From: Patescibacteria group bacterium
GTDB taxonomy: Bacteria; Patescibacteriota; Patescibacteriia; Magasanikbacterales; GWA2-37-8
Direction of reading: 5' to 3'
Assembly (NCBI GenBank): GCA_028705565.1
Contig: JAQWDH010000002.1
Span: 40,262-104,261 of the forward strand
Length of the DNA stretch: 64,000 bases
A program made the position numbers and the translations under genes. The notes below the pieces were generated by a model, which saw only the letters and a list, made by a program, of their open reading frames with translations, searched no databases and had not been told where the DNA came from. Within the stretch, counting starts at the first letter, position 1. Each line of letters opens with the position of its first letter. Below are positions 28,989 to 39,900 of this stretch, one piece after another.

Positions 28989-30068
28989 ATGCCAAATAAA
29001 GAAAAATTTACCGGAAATGAAATGCCGGAAGAACAAAAAATAGAACTTTCTAAAAGTTACGTCGGGGAAATAAAAAAATACGAAAAAGAAAAAGAATCCG
29101 AGCAAGCGCAGACAGAAGCGTTTTTGGCGAGAACAAAAAAAGCCGCGGAAGCGTCTGGAAAAGAAGAACTGAAAAAAGAAGCCGAATCGCTTAAAGTAGA
29201 GTCCGTTTCGGCGTGGAGCAAATTTAAAAATAAAATGAAATCCATATTCGGCGGCGAAAAAGAAAAAATAGACGAACCGGCTGAAGTGAAAAAAATCAAA
29301 GAGCCGTTGCTTGAATTGTTAAACAATTTGAAAAAAAATTATGGCATTCGCTCGGAAATAGACGGTGATGGAAATGTGATAATAAAAGACGGCGACAAAT
29401 ATGAAAAAGCTTTGGACGAAAATGAAGAAGATTTTAAAAAAATGACAACTAAAATAAACGAGCTGGAAATTGCTTTACTTGAAATAACAAAACCGGCTCT
29501 TGTGTCCCCCGGAAGATACACGACTACATACGAAAAAGGCGGCATTGCCGGTGTCGGAAATTTGCCGCAAGCAGCAAGAACTCCTGTTGCTCGCCGTTCG
29601 GAAAGATATAGGAACGCAAAAAATATCGAGAAAGAAACAGATGTCTCGGAAACAGAACAGGCCCCAAAGAAAAAAACATTGGTTGAAATAGCGGAGGAAG
29701 ATTTCGCAAAAATAAAAAAAGAAAAAATCGGCGTTAAAAACGAGCTTTGGAATTTAAAAACAGCGGCCGCGAGATTGTCGGATAAAGAAAATTTTCCTCA
29801 ATTTGAAAAAATTTTTGATTTCAAAAATTTTAAAAAAGACATAAAAGTCATTGATGAGCTCCTGGAATCCAAAACAACAGAGTCCGCAAAATTCGCGCGC
29901 ATTAAACTTGATGGACTTAAAAGAACCCTGTCCGACTATTTAAAAAAAGAAAAAGAAGCGCTGGAAAAAACGAACAAAAATTTTCCCGACAGCGATAAAT
30001 ATCTCGCACAAAAAGCGATACTAAAAAATAAAATAAAAGCGCGCGAGGAAATTCTCGAAAAATTATAA
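28989..30068 (+). CDS. Hypothetical K/E-rich helical protein
   Basis: 359-aa ORF. Confidence 0.75.
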   Translation: MPNKEKFTGNEMPEEQKIELSKSYVGEIKKYEKEKESEQAQTEAFLARTKKAAEASGKEELKKEAESLKVESVSAWSKFKNKMKSIFGGEKEKIDEPAEVKKIKEPLLELLNNLKKNYGIRSEIDGDGNVIIKDGDKYEKALDENEEDFKKMTTKINELEIALLEITKPALVSPGRYTTTYEKGGIAGVGNLPQAARTPVARRSERYRNAKNIEKETDVSETEQAPKKKTLVEIAEEDFAKIKKEKIGVKNELWNLKTAAARLSDKENFPQFEKIFDFKNFKKDIKVIDELLESKTTESAKFARIKLDGLKRTLSDYLKKEKEALEKTNKNFPDSDKYLAQKAILKNKIKAREEILEKL

Positions 30069-30077
30069 AAAACCTTT

Positions 30078-30108
30078 TAAAACATCCCGACCAAATCGGG
30101 ATGTTTTA
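30078..30108 (+). terminator. Intrinsic terminator
   Basis: TAAAACATCCCGA-CCAAA-TCGGGATGTTTTA. Confidence 0.8.
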
Positions 30109-30162
30109 GTTTGCGGAAAAAAAACCAAAAAGGTATAATAACCGAAAATTAATAACATATCT

Positions 30163-31611
30163 ATGGAAACCAAATCAAACCAACTTTCCGTTTATACGTT
30201 GGACAATTTAAAACCTGAGGTCGTGGCCGTGGCTTTCGCCAAATGTTCCCGCTCTCCGGAATCGTTTCGGGATATAGCCGACGAGCTTACAGATGAAAAA
30301 TCCGCGGATTTTCATGAAAAATGGGTGGTCGGCTACGGGCACGGCAGTGTCGCAGAACACGCCAACCTGCATCTTGCGATTGAAAATATTTCCATTCTCG
30401 CTACCAAAACGATTGAAGATAACCGACTTTGTTCATACACGGAAAAATCAACTCGTTATCAAGTTTTTGACAAAACGAAATATTACAAACCGAAAAAAAT
30501 AATGGAATCGCCTTTGGGCGCGGAATACGAAAAAACGATGGATGAAATTTTTGACGTTTACTCGTCGCTTAACGCGCCGATGAAAGAATTTATTTTGAAA
30601 AAATATCCGCGCCAACCGGAAGAAAACGAAAAAATATACAACGCGACAATTAAAGCGCGGGTATGCGACAATGTGAGATATATTTTACCAACCGCGACTC
30701 TCACAAATCTCGGCATGACCGCCAACGCGCGCGCGCTTGAACACGCGATTGCCAAACTTCTTTCGCATCCTTTGATAGAAATGAATGAAATCGGGGAAGC
30801 GATAAAAAAATCAGCCATGGAAATCACTCCAACTCTCATAAAATACGCTGAGAAAAACAAATATATTCAAGAAACCGACGAAGTTTTAAAAAAACTAAAC
30901 GATAATTTGACTCAACAATACACAGACGCCGTTTCACCGGTGGAAATTGTTGATTATGACAAAGACGCGGAAGACAAATTAGCAACCGCCTTGCTTTATA
31001 AAAACTCCGATTTACCTTACAAACAAATTATGTCCGCCGTGAAATTAATGAATGGCGAACAAAAAGAGAAAATAATTGACGAGGCGATAGCGAGGCGAGG
31101 CAAGGGAGACCAACCACCGCGCGAATTTGAACATATTTATTACACTTTTGACATTCTCATGGATTATGGCGCTTTTCGCGACATACAACGGCACAGAATG
31201 TGCACGCAAACAAACCAAAAAATCACGATCAAACACGGTTTTGAAATTCCGGAAGAAATAATTGAAGTCGGTTTGGAAGAAATTTTCAAACAAACAATGA
31301 AAAAAGCCGAATCGCTTTATAAAAAAATCCATATTGTTTTTCCGGAAGAAGCGCAGTATATTCTACCGCTGGCTTTTCGCAAACGAACTCTGATAACATG
31401 GAATTTGCGCGAGCTTCATCATTTTATTTCTCTTCGTAGCGGACCAAAAGGCCATATTTCCTACCGCCGTATCGCTCAAGCGTGTTGGAAAAAATTAAAC
31501 GAAATACACCCATTGCTCGCGAAACATATCAATGTTAATATGACCGGGGGGTCGGATTCCTGGGCATCCACGCTCCATAACCCGAAATATAATTATAAAC
31601 CGAGCAAATAA
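30163..31611 (+). CDS. thyX: FAD-dependent thymidylate synthase, tandem two-domain form
   Basis: YGHGSVAEHA, SYTEKSTRY, R..LP in domain 1; REFEH, RDIQRHR, NLRELHHFISLR in domain 2. Confidence 0.92.
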   Translation: METKSNQLSVYTLDNLKPEVVAVAFAKCSRSPESFRDIADELTDEKSADFHEKWVVGYGHGSVAEHANLHLAIENISILATKTIEDNRLCSYTEKSTRYQVFDKTKYYKPKKIMESPLGAEYEKTMDEIFDVYSSLNAPMKEFILKKYPRQPEENEKIYNATIKARVCDNVRYILPTATLTNLGMTANARALEHAIAKLLSHPLIEMNEIGEAIKKSAMEITPTLIKYAEKNKYIQETDEVLKKLNDNLTQQYTDAVSPVEIVDYDKDAEDKLATALLYKNSDLPYKQIMSAVKLMNGEQKEKIIDEAIARRGKGDQPPREFEHIYYTFDILMDYGAFRDIQRHRMCTQTNQKITIKHGFEIPEEIIEVGLEEIFKQTMKKAESLYKKIHIVFPEEAQYILPLAFRKRTLITWNLRELHHFISLRSGPKGHISYRRIAQACWKKLNEIHPLLAKHINVNMTGGSDSWASTLHNPKYNYKPSK

Positions 31612-31626
31612 TTTTGAATTTATTCT

Positions 31627-32337
31627 ATGTTTATCATGATAGACGGAATTGACGGCTCCGGAAAAAGCACCGTCATTCAATCTTGGAAAGATTGCCTCGC
31701 GAAAGAAGGCAACGCCATCTTTGATTTAAAAAATTATTGGCTGGAAAAACGCGGCGAATTTCCGGATTTGTCGGAATTAAAATCATACGATTTTGTCTTT
31801 TCCTGCGAACCGACATACTCCCCTATCGGAAAAACAATCAGGGAAGAACTAATAAAAAATGGAGAAAAATATCCGCCGCGCGCCATTGCCGAGGCATATT
31901 CCTTGGACCGTTTGATTTTATACAATAAAATAATTATTCCTCTTCTTAAAACCGGCAAGTGCGTGATTCAAGACAGAGGCATCAGTTCATCTCTCGCTTA
32001 TCAAAATTTGCAAGGTTTGAGTTTGAAAGAAATATCGCGATTGCCGGGAAACGAACTCGCTTTAAAATACAGGCCTGATTATTTGGTTTTCATGGATTTA
32101 AAACCCGAGGAAGCCATAAAACGGCTTGGTTCGCGCGCGGAAAAAAAAGATGATTCCATTTTTGAAAAAGAAAAATTCTTAAAAAAACTCGCCAAACAAT
32201 TCAAATCGCGCGAATTTCAAAACATCTTTTTAAAAAAAGGAACAAGAATTCATCGCTTGAAAACGGATGTTAAAATTGATATAATGAAAAGAGACGCGAC
32301 AAACTTGCTAACCGCGATTTTAAACCGCAATGGATGA
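31627..32337 (+). CDS. tmk: Thymidylate kinase
   Basis: DGIDGSGKST, EPT, QDR..SSSLAYQ, PD. Confidence 0.93.
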   Translation: MFIMIDGIDGSGKSTVIQSWKDCLAKEGNAIFDLKNYWLEKRGEFPDLSELKSYDFVFSCEPTYSPIGKTIREELIKNGEKYPPRAIAEAYSLDRLILYNKIIIPLLKTGKCVIQDRGISSSLAYQNLQGLSLKEISRLPGNELALKYRPDYLVFMDLKPEEAIKRLGSRAEKKDDSIFEKEKFLKKLAKQFKSREFQNIFLKKGTRIHRLKTDVKIDIMKRDATNLLTAILNRNG

Positions 32338-32366
32338 AAATTTATTTTGTTTTTAAACATAATCAT

Positions 32367-33125
32367 ATGCTTTTGACAGTCGGGGAAATAATTCAAAACA
32401 GCTGGGAATTATGCAAAAAAAATTGGCGTGTTTTCGGGACTTACGCCATTCTTTTGCTTTTGCCGAGCATAGCGCTTACCGCGGTTGGATTCATAAACAT
32501 TTTCCTCACGGCCAACTTTCCGTCTTTTACAGCGATAAATAACATCATTTCGCTCGCTCTTTTCGCGGCGAGTTTGGTTTTCGGTTTTTGGGTGGCTGTC
32601 GCGCTTTCAATTTCAATTAAAAACGCTTTGGAAAATAAAATTACAGAATGGAAAAAAACAATGAAAGATAGCTTGAAAATAATCTGGCCGGCTTTGTTGA
32701 TTACCGTCCTGTCGTCTATTATCATCGGCGCGGGCATTCTGCTGCTCATAATACCCGGCGTGATATTTATGGTTTGGTACGCTTTCAGTTTTTATGAAGT
32801 TATTTTTGAAAACAAAAAAACGGTTGAATCTTTGCGCGCAAGTAAAAATTTGACGGTCGGACGCTGGTGGTCGGTGGCATTAAGATTGGCCGCGCCGTCA
32901 TTATTCTACGGGCTTATCGCGATGCTAATCGGCTACGCTCTTATTTCCATTTTACAGCTTATCACGAATTATCCTTTAGCTGTAGATATCGGCATTCAAT
33001 TTATCAGCAATGCCATCAATGTTTTATTCGCGCCGATTACTTCCGCGGCCATTATTATTCTTTATAAAAACATAAAAGAAAATCCTGTCGCTTCTTCCGC
33101 GATTGCTGAACCGCCGAAAATTTAA
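32367..33125 (+). CDS. Multi-pass membrane protein
   Basis: About 6 hydrophobic segments; LLLIIPGV, SL..S..L..GRWW pattern. Confidence 0.85.
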   Translation: MLLTVGEIIQNSWELCKKNWRVFGTYAILLLLPSIALTAVGFINIFLTANFPSFTAINNIISLALFAASLVFGFWVAVALSISIKNALENKITEWKKTMKDSLKIIWPALLITVLSSIIIGAGILLLIIPGVIFMVWYAFSFYEVIFENKKTVESLRASKNLTVGRWWSVALRLAAPSLFYGLIAMLIGYALISILQLITNYPLAVDIGIQFISNAINVLFAPITSAAIIILYKNIKENPVASSAIAEPPKI

Positions 33126-33126
33126 T

Positions 33127-34680
33127 ATGCCAAAATATATTCCAATAATCGGAATGGAAATTCATGTTGAGCTTAAAACCGAAAGCAAGATGTTTTGCGG
33201 TTGCAAAAACGACCCTTACCGCTCCGAACCGAACGCTAATATCTGCGAAATTTGCCTCGCGCACCCGGGATCGCTTCCAGTGCCGAATAAAACCGCGATT
33301 GAATGGGCCGTTAAAATCGCGAAAGCGCTAAAATGTCGCGTGTTGGATGAAAGTAAATTTGACAGAAAAAACTATTTTTATCCTGATTTGCCGAAAGGTT
33401 ATCAAATTTCCCAATATGACCGGCCAATCGGAGAAAACGGTTTAATTGAATTGGAATTTTTGCCTGGAAAAAATATCCGCGAAAAAGCGAAAATCGGAAT
33501 TACGCGCGCGCATCTTGAAGAAGACACCGCGAAACTTGCTCATAGCGCGAACGGAAAAGAAACATTGGTTGATTTTAATCGTTCCGGCGTGCCATTGGTG
33601 GAAATTGTGTCAGACCCTGATATTCAAAGCGCCGCCGAAGCCAAAGCGTATTGCCAAGAATTACAGACGATTCTAAGATATCTGAATGTAAGCGAAGCGG
33701 AAATGGAAAAAGGGCAAATGCGATGTGAAGTGAATATCTCCTTACAGGAAGAAAATAAATTTTCCATAAAAAACGGAATTGTTGAACCAGCAAAAGGTTA
33801 TAAATTAAATCCGAAAGTTGAAGTTAAAAATATAAACTCTTTCCGCGCCGTTGAAAAATCCGTCGCTTTTGAAATAAAACGGCAAACGGAAATGCTGGAA
33901 AAAGGAGAGATATGGCAACAAGAAACCCGCGGTTGGAATGAAAATAAACAAGCGACAGTGTGGCAAAGAATAAAAGAAACATCGGCAGATTACAGATATT
34001 TTCCGGAACCAGACATTCCGCCGTTCAACCCTTTAAAAATTACCAGCGATGTTGATTTGCCGGAGATGCCGGCTGAAAAAAGAATTCGTTTCCGCGAAGA
34101 ATACGGATTTTCTTTCGCCGACACTGATATTTTAACTTCTGATATTAATTGGGCGAATTACGCGGAAAGAACTATGAGTGAACTCGCTGATTGGCTGCAC
34201 ACGCTTCCGGAAACCGAATCCGACACGGATAAAATTATTCAAAACAAAAAAAATCAGATGGCGCGGCTCGCCGGAGGGTGGATTACTTCCAAGCTGATGG
34301 GCGCGATGGCTGAAAGAAAAATTGACATACGGATTTTAAAAATAAAACCGGAAAATTTCGCGGAGCTTGTCGCGCTTATTTACGCAAACCGCGTCAATTC
34401 CACGAACGCGCAAAAAATATTATCCGAGATGCTGGACACTAATGTTGATATGGACCCTACGCATATTATGGAAGAAAAAGGGTATGGACAAATAAGCGAT
34501 GAAGGAAAACTCGCCGAAGCTGTTGAAGAAGTGATTAAAAATTATCCCGCGCAAGTGGCGCAATACAAAGCCGGCAAAGAACCGCTTTTACAATTTCTAA
34601 AAGGAATGGTGATGAAAGCCACGGAAGGTTCCGCCGACCCGCAAGCGGTGGAAAAAATATTGAGAGAAAAATTGCGATAA
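33127..34680 (+). CDS. gatB: Asp-tRNA(Asn)/Glu-tRNA(Gln) amidotransferase subunit B
   Basis: IGMEIHVEL, FDRKNYFYPDLPKGYQISQ, HLEED, DYRYFPEPD. Confidence 0.98.
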   Translation: MPKYIPIIGMEIHVELKTESKMFCGCKNDPYRSEPNANICEICLAHPGSLPVPNKTAIEWAVKIAKALKCRVLDESKFDRKNYFYPDLPKGYQISQYDRPIGENGLIELEFLPGKNIREKAKIGITRAHLEEDTAKLAHSANGKETLVDFNRSGVPLVEIVSDPDIQSAAEAKAYCQELQTILRYLNVSEAEMEKGQMRCEVNISLQEENKFSIKNGIVEPAKGYKLNPKVEVKNINSFRAVEKSVAFEIKRQTEMLEKGEIWQQETRGWNENKQATVWQRIKETSADYRYFPEPDIPPFNPLKITSDVDLPEMPAEKRIRFREEYGFSFADTDILTSDINWANYAERTMSELADWLHTLPETESDTDKIIQNKKNQMARLAGGWITSKLMGAMAERKIDIRILKIKPENFAELVALIYANRVNSTNAQKILSEMLDTNVDMDPTHIMEEKGYGQISDEGKLAEAVEEVIKNYPAQVAQYKAGKEPLLQFLKGMVMKATEGSADPQAVEKILREKLR

Positions 34681-34684
34681 AAAA

Positions 34685-35260
34685 TTATTTAATCGTTTTT
34701 AGAGCTTCTTTAATCAATTGTTCGCGCGTTTTATTTCGCGCGTCTATTTTTTTTACGGTTTCTCGCGCGTCGGAAACCGAATATCCCATCGCCACCAACC
34801 CGTCAATCACGTCGCTCAACGCGCCGCTGTCTTCTCTTTCATTATTGTTAAATTCAAAATTCTTAATTTTTGATTTCAATTCAACTAAAATTCTTTCCGC
34901 GATTTTTCGTCCGATTCCGCTTACTTTTGTAAGATATTCTATATCTCCGCGTCCGATAGCTCTATTTATTTCCGAAACAGCGCCAAGAGATAAAAGATGC
35001 AGGGCGGTTTTCGGACCAATTCCGGAAACCGACAGAAACATAATAAACAATTCTTTTTCGCTCTCGCTCGCCAAACCATACAAATCCAATGTGTCTTCGC
35101 GCGCGACCAAATGAGTCAAAATTTCAGCTTCAGAACCGATAGGCCATTTATCCGCGTTCGCGGGGTTATACGCGATTTTATATCCAACTCCGCCGGCGGT
35201 TAAAATTGACATCTCCGCGCCATTATTCGCGATAACTTTGCCTTTAATAAAAGAAATCAT
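34685..35260 (-). CDS. ruvA: Holliday junction branch migration protein RuvA
   Basis: MISFIKG, GVGY, VSGIGPKTA, GIGRKIAERILVELK. Confidence 0.96.
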   Translation of the reverse strand: MISFIKGKVIANNGAEMSILTAGGVGYKIAYNPANADKWPIGSEAEILTHLVAREDTLDLYGLASESEKELFIMFLSVSGIGPKTALHLLSLGAVSEINRAIGRGDIEYLTKVSGIGRKIAERILVELKSKIKNFEFNNNEREDSGALSDVIDGLVAMGYSVSDARETVKKIDARNKTREQLIKEALKTIK

Positions 35261-35274
35261 ATTTTTGACATAAT

Positions 35275-36240
35275 TCATTTTTTGTTTATTCTTTTTACTC
35301 TTATCAAACCTCCGCAAGTAATAACTTCCACTCCTTTTTTCTCCAATTCATCCAAAAATAAATTCATTCCAAGAGAGTCCGAAGAAATATGTCCGGCTAC
35401 CACAACATTCATATGCTGTTCGTTCGCTTTTTCAGTCGCGTCTTCTTTCATGTGCATTCCCACGATTGTGCTGATGCCCGCGCGCGAAAGCGCCTCATAC
35501 ATTTTATTGGATGGATTCGTTCCACCGGTCATTTCCAAAAGATATTTGCCAACATGGTGATCTGGACTTCCAGCAAAAATTTTTGGACCGGCTCCACGGA
35601 AACGCGCTTCCTGATATTCCGGAATTTCCAATAATTTATCCATTAAATCCTTGACTGTTTCCGGTTTGTTTTTATCCAAAAATTTTTTAAGAAAAGAATG
35701 CACGAGATTGTCAGTGGCGGTATGGATATTAAAAAGATTGATTTTTAAAATCCGCGCCATATCAATAATCTGAAAATGGTTTGTCGGATGAACTCCGCGG
35801 CTTACTTCTTTTACTCTTTCTTCCATAATTTTTTCCGCCACATGCACCGGCACTCCGTTTTTTTCATAAACTTCAACAGCCATATCCATAACGCCGTGCA
35901 GACACGCCAAGCTTCCTCCTATCGGATGGTGCGAGATAACGAGGTCAATCTGTTTACCGCGTTCATTGAGCTGGCTCGCGAGTATCACTTCGCCGGAACC
36001 GATATCAATACCGGCTAAAACGCGCTTGACCGACGCGTCAGGATTGCCAGTGTGCACGCGGCTGTCGTCATAAGGATTTTCCAACTTGTTTTTGTCAAAA
36101 TATTTTTTGTCTTCCAAATTGGCGTTTTCGTATTCTTTTTTAGCGCGCGACAGATATTTTTTCACGCCCTGAACCCCGCGAGGGTCCGCCTCCACGCCCA
36201 TTTTTAAAGCCAAAGCGAAAATTTGTTTTACTGTAATCAT
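35275..36240 (-). CDS. NIF3/Ngg1-interacting-factor-like dinuclear metal protein
   Basis: ISHHP, HTATDN, AGHISSDSLGMN motifs. Confidence 0.85.
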   Translation of the reverse strand: MITVKQIFALALKMGVEADPRGVQGVKKYLSRAKKEYENANLEDKKYFDKNKLENPYDDSRVHTGNPDASVKRVLAGIDIGSGEVILASQLNERGKQIDLVISHHPIGGSLACLHGVMDMAVEVYEKNGVPVHVAEKIMEERVKEVSRGVHPTNHFQIIDMARILKINLFNIHTATDNLVHSFLKKFLDKNKPETVKDLMDKLLEIPEYQEARFRGAGPKIFAGSPDHHVGKYLLEMTGGTNPSNKMYEALSRAGISTIVGMHMKEDATEKANEQHMNVVVAGHISSDSLGMNLFLDELEKKGVEVITCGGLIRVKRINKK

Positions 36241-36344
36241 AAAAAATATTTAATTATTCTTATTGAAGTGTAGCCGTTGCGAACAATGTTTGTCAAGCGT
36301 TAAAATTAAAATACGTCCCGACCAAGCCGAGACGTATACTATAT

Positions 36345-36848
36345 TTAAGGGTAATCAAACCTCCCGCTTTTCATTTTATTGATTTTTTCCTGAATTTCCT
36401 TTTTTAAAATATCAACGTCGTCAAACGCGACGCTTCGCGCGCAGTCAATATGGAATCTTTTATCCTCTAAACACCATGCGCGCAAAAATTTTTCTCTGCA
36501 ATACATATCCATGACCATTAGAACCGTAAACGATTCTTTTGCGCTTTTGTATATAAACACAAAAGCGACGTCTCCGCTCGCTATTTTTTTTCTGTCCTCA
36601 GGCGCAAGTAATATTAAAATCGTTTTTTGTACCGATGTATTTGTATGAGATCCATGTATACAAGCAACGGGACAAAGAGCGGGTGTGTGTTTGTGTACAA
36701 TGGGGCTTTTCTTTTTTTGCTTTTTGTCGCACGAACCGCCACTTCCGCAATTATGCTGGCCACTTCCAGAGCAACCGCTTCCGCAATTGCCGCCACTATT
36801 GTTTCCACAGTTTCCTCCGCAATTTCCTTTTTTTGGATTAACTTTCAT
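36345..36848 (-). CDS. Hypothetical protein with Gly/Cys-rich N-terminus
   Basis: AGGAGG SD; GNCGGNCG..GGNCGSGCSG..NCGSGGSC. Confidence 0.65.
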   Translation of the reverse strand: MKVNPKKGNCGGNCGNNSGGNCGSGCSGSGQHNCGSGGSCDKKQKKKSPIVHKHTPALCPVACIHGSHTNTSVQKTILILLAPEDRKKIASGDVAFVFIYKSAKESFTVLMVMDMYCREKFLRAWCLEDKRFHIDCARSVAFDDVDILKKEIQEKINKMKSGRFDYP

Positions 36849-36965
36849 TTTTTCCTCCTTTTCTGCCTGTTGGCAGACCTTTACATTTTTAAAGAACCAA
36901 TAATTTATATATGGACAGAGATCCCTCTCCGCCCCGAGCGGATCGGGATGACAACCATTAAATTG

Positions 36966-39900
36966 TCATTCCGAAATAATCTTAACAAAAATACGCTTTT
37001 TGTCAACCTCCGCTTCCGTAAACCCGTCTTTTACTTCCGTTATTTTTATTTCTTTTGCTAAAACGCTCTTGCCGATTTCTTCGGCAAACTCAACCAAAAC
37101 GGATTTTAATAATTCGTCGTCTGTCGCGATTTTCACAGCCACCTTGTCTTTCATGGTTAATTTTTTATCCTTTCTTATTTGGTTTATCGCGCGCGTGATT
37201 TCACGAGCCAATCCCTCTTTTTTTAATTCCAAAGTTATTTCAATATCCAAACCGATTTTTAAATCGCCGTCCTCTTTCCAAATCGCGTTTTCCTCTTCAT
37301 CCGCGTATTCAACGATTTTGACATTTAATTCATCGGCTATTATATTTTTAAATTCTTCCGGCAACACGCAATCTTTAACATATAATTTTTGCAACGGCTG
37401 TTTAACTTTGATTTCTTTTTCCGCGCGAATCGCTAAGCCGATCTCCACAATTTTTCTCGCCATATTCATCTGTTCCAAAATTTCTTTGTCGCTCGGACAT
37501 TCATCAGCTTCGGGCCAATCTTCCAAATGAACACTCTCTTTAAATTGATTTTGCCCACGATCAGCTACTTTTATTTCCCGATACACTTTTTCAGCTAAAA
37601 ACGGCGTGAACGGAGCGATTACTTTTGACAAAATTAGCAAAACTTCTCTTAAAGTCGCGATAGCTGCGTTTTTATCTTCTTCATCATCCCCTTTGAAACG
37701 GTCGCGTGAACGACGCACATACCACTGGGACAGTTCGGTAATAAAATCCAAAATAGGACGGCTCGCGTCCGCCAGCTTATATTCTTCCATGCCTTTTGTG
37801 GTTCCTTTGATTAAAATTCGCAATTTCGCCAAAATCCACTTATCAAGAATATTTTTGGGCATCGGTCTATTGTCCGTAGTCCGTTCACTGAACATCTTCC
37901 AAAATTCAACAACATTCCACAGAGTATTTACAACTTTATTATACATTTCTCGCGCGCCGGCTTCGGAAAAATTCAACGACTCCGCTTCCATTACCGGCGA
38001 TGTCGCGAAATAATAACGCAAAGCGTCAGCGCCGTATTTTTCCAAAATCAAATCCGGCTCCGGATAATTTTTCAACCGTTTGCTCATTTTTTTGCCGTCC
38101 TCGGCCAAAACGATGCCATTCACTATCACATTTTTAAAAGCAGGAGAAGATTCTTTTACCGCGATTGACGGTTTCGCGCCTGATGTGAGAGCCGTTGCCA
38201 AAACATGCAAAGTATAAAACCATCCCCTCGTTTGGTCCTGTCCTTCGGCGATAAATTCCGCCGGAAAACCGTTCTCAAATTTTTCTTTATTTTCAAAAGG
38301 ATAGTGCGCTTGTCCGTAAGGCATTGAACCCGATTCAAACCAGCAATCCAAAACTTCCGGAACACGCCGCATTTTACCGCCGCATTTTTCACACTTGAAT
38401 TCAATATCATCTATTTTATGTTTGTGCAAATCAACAATTTTTTGTCCTGATAATTTTTCCAATTCCTCCACCGAACCAACCGCGACCATATTGTCGCATT
38501 TACTGTTTTGGCTCTCATTGAAAATTGAAAATTGGTAATTGGTAATTCCGGTTTGGCAAAGCCAAACCGGCAACGGTGTTCCCCAATAACGATTGCGCGA
38601 AATCGCCCAGTCGCGCGCGCCTTCCAGCCATTTGCCGAATCTGCCTTCCTTGATATGTTCCGGCACCCAATTTATTTTTTCATTATTTTTTAAAAGTTGT
38701 TTTTTAAAATCATCGTCAATTTTAACGAACCAACTGGCGGTCGCGTAATTTAAAAGCGGCGCGTCGCAACGCCAGCATAATGGATAGCTGTGCGTTATAC
38801 TTTCTTTACTGAAAAGTTTGTTTTCTTTCGCGAGCCATTTTATTATTTCCACATCGGCTTTGCTCGGGTCGTCTTTCGGTTTAACTTCCATACCGGCAAA
38901 ATCAACGACTTCAGGCGTAAATTTTCCTTCCATTGTCACATGCTGAACCAACGGCGTATTTTCGCGCCGTCCGACATTATAATCATCCTCGCCGAAAGCT
39001 GGAGCAATGTGCACAACGCCAGTTCCTTCTTCAGTGGTCACAAAATCCGCGTCAACGATTTTAAACGCTCTCGGCGTATTTTTAAAATACGAAAAAAGAG
39101 GGTCGTATTCCAAACCTATTAAATCCGAACCGTCAATTTCTTTTATAATTTTGTATTCTTTATTTTTTAAAATTGCTTCAGCCCTGTCTTTCGCCAAAAT
39201 AAAATTTTTATCTTCGCCATCAATGCTTACTATTTGATATTTTATATTTTTGTTCACAGCCAACAAAACATTCCCGGGCAAAGTCCACGGCGTAGTTGTC
39301 CAAGCGAGTATATATATCGGTTTATCATTTAAAATTTGCGGTTTGGAATTTATTTGTGATTTAAAATTTGTAATTTGAAATTTTACAACAACCGATATAT
39401 CTTTCATTTCCTTGTAATTCTGCGTCACTTCAAAATTTGAAAGCGGAGTGGCGCAATGCGGACAGATGTGCATCGCTTTGTGTCCTTGATAAATCAAGCC
39501 CTTGCTCCAAAGTTCTTTGAATACCCACCAAACGCTCTCCATAAAATTTATATCCATCGTTTTGTAATCGTTTTCCATATCAACCCACCTGCCCATTCTC
39601 CGAATCGTTTTTTTCCATTCATTCGCGTATTTCAAAACCGTCGCGCGGCACGCCTCATTAAATTTTTCTATTCCGCATTCTTCAATGTCTTTTTTATTTT
39701 CCAATTTCAATTCCTTTTCAATTATATTTTCAACCGGCAATCCGTGGCAATCCCAACCCCATCTCCGTTCAACTCTAAAACCGCGCATGGTCCAATAGCG
39801 CGGAACAATATCTTTCATCAACGAAGCGACAATATGCCCGTAATGAGGCAAGCCAGTGGCAAAAGGCGGGCCGTCGTAAAAATGATACGGTTTGTCTTCC

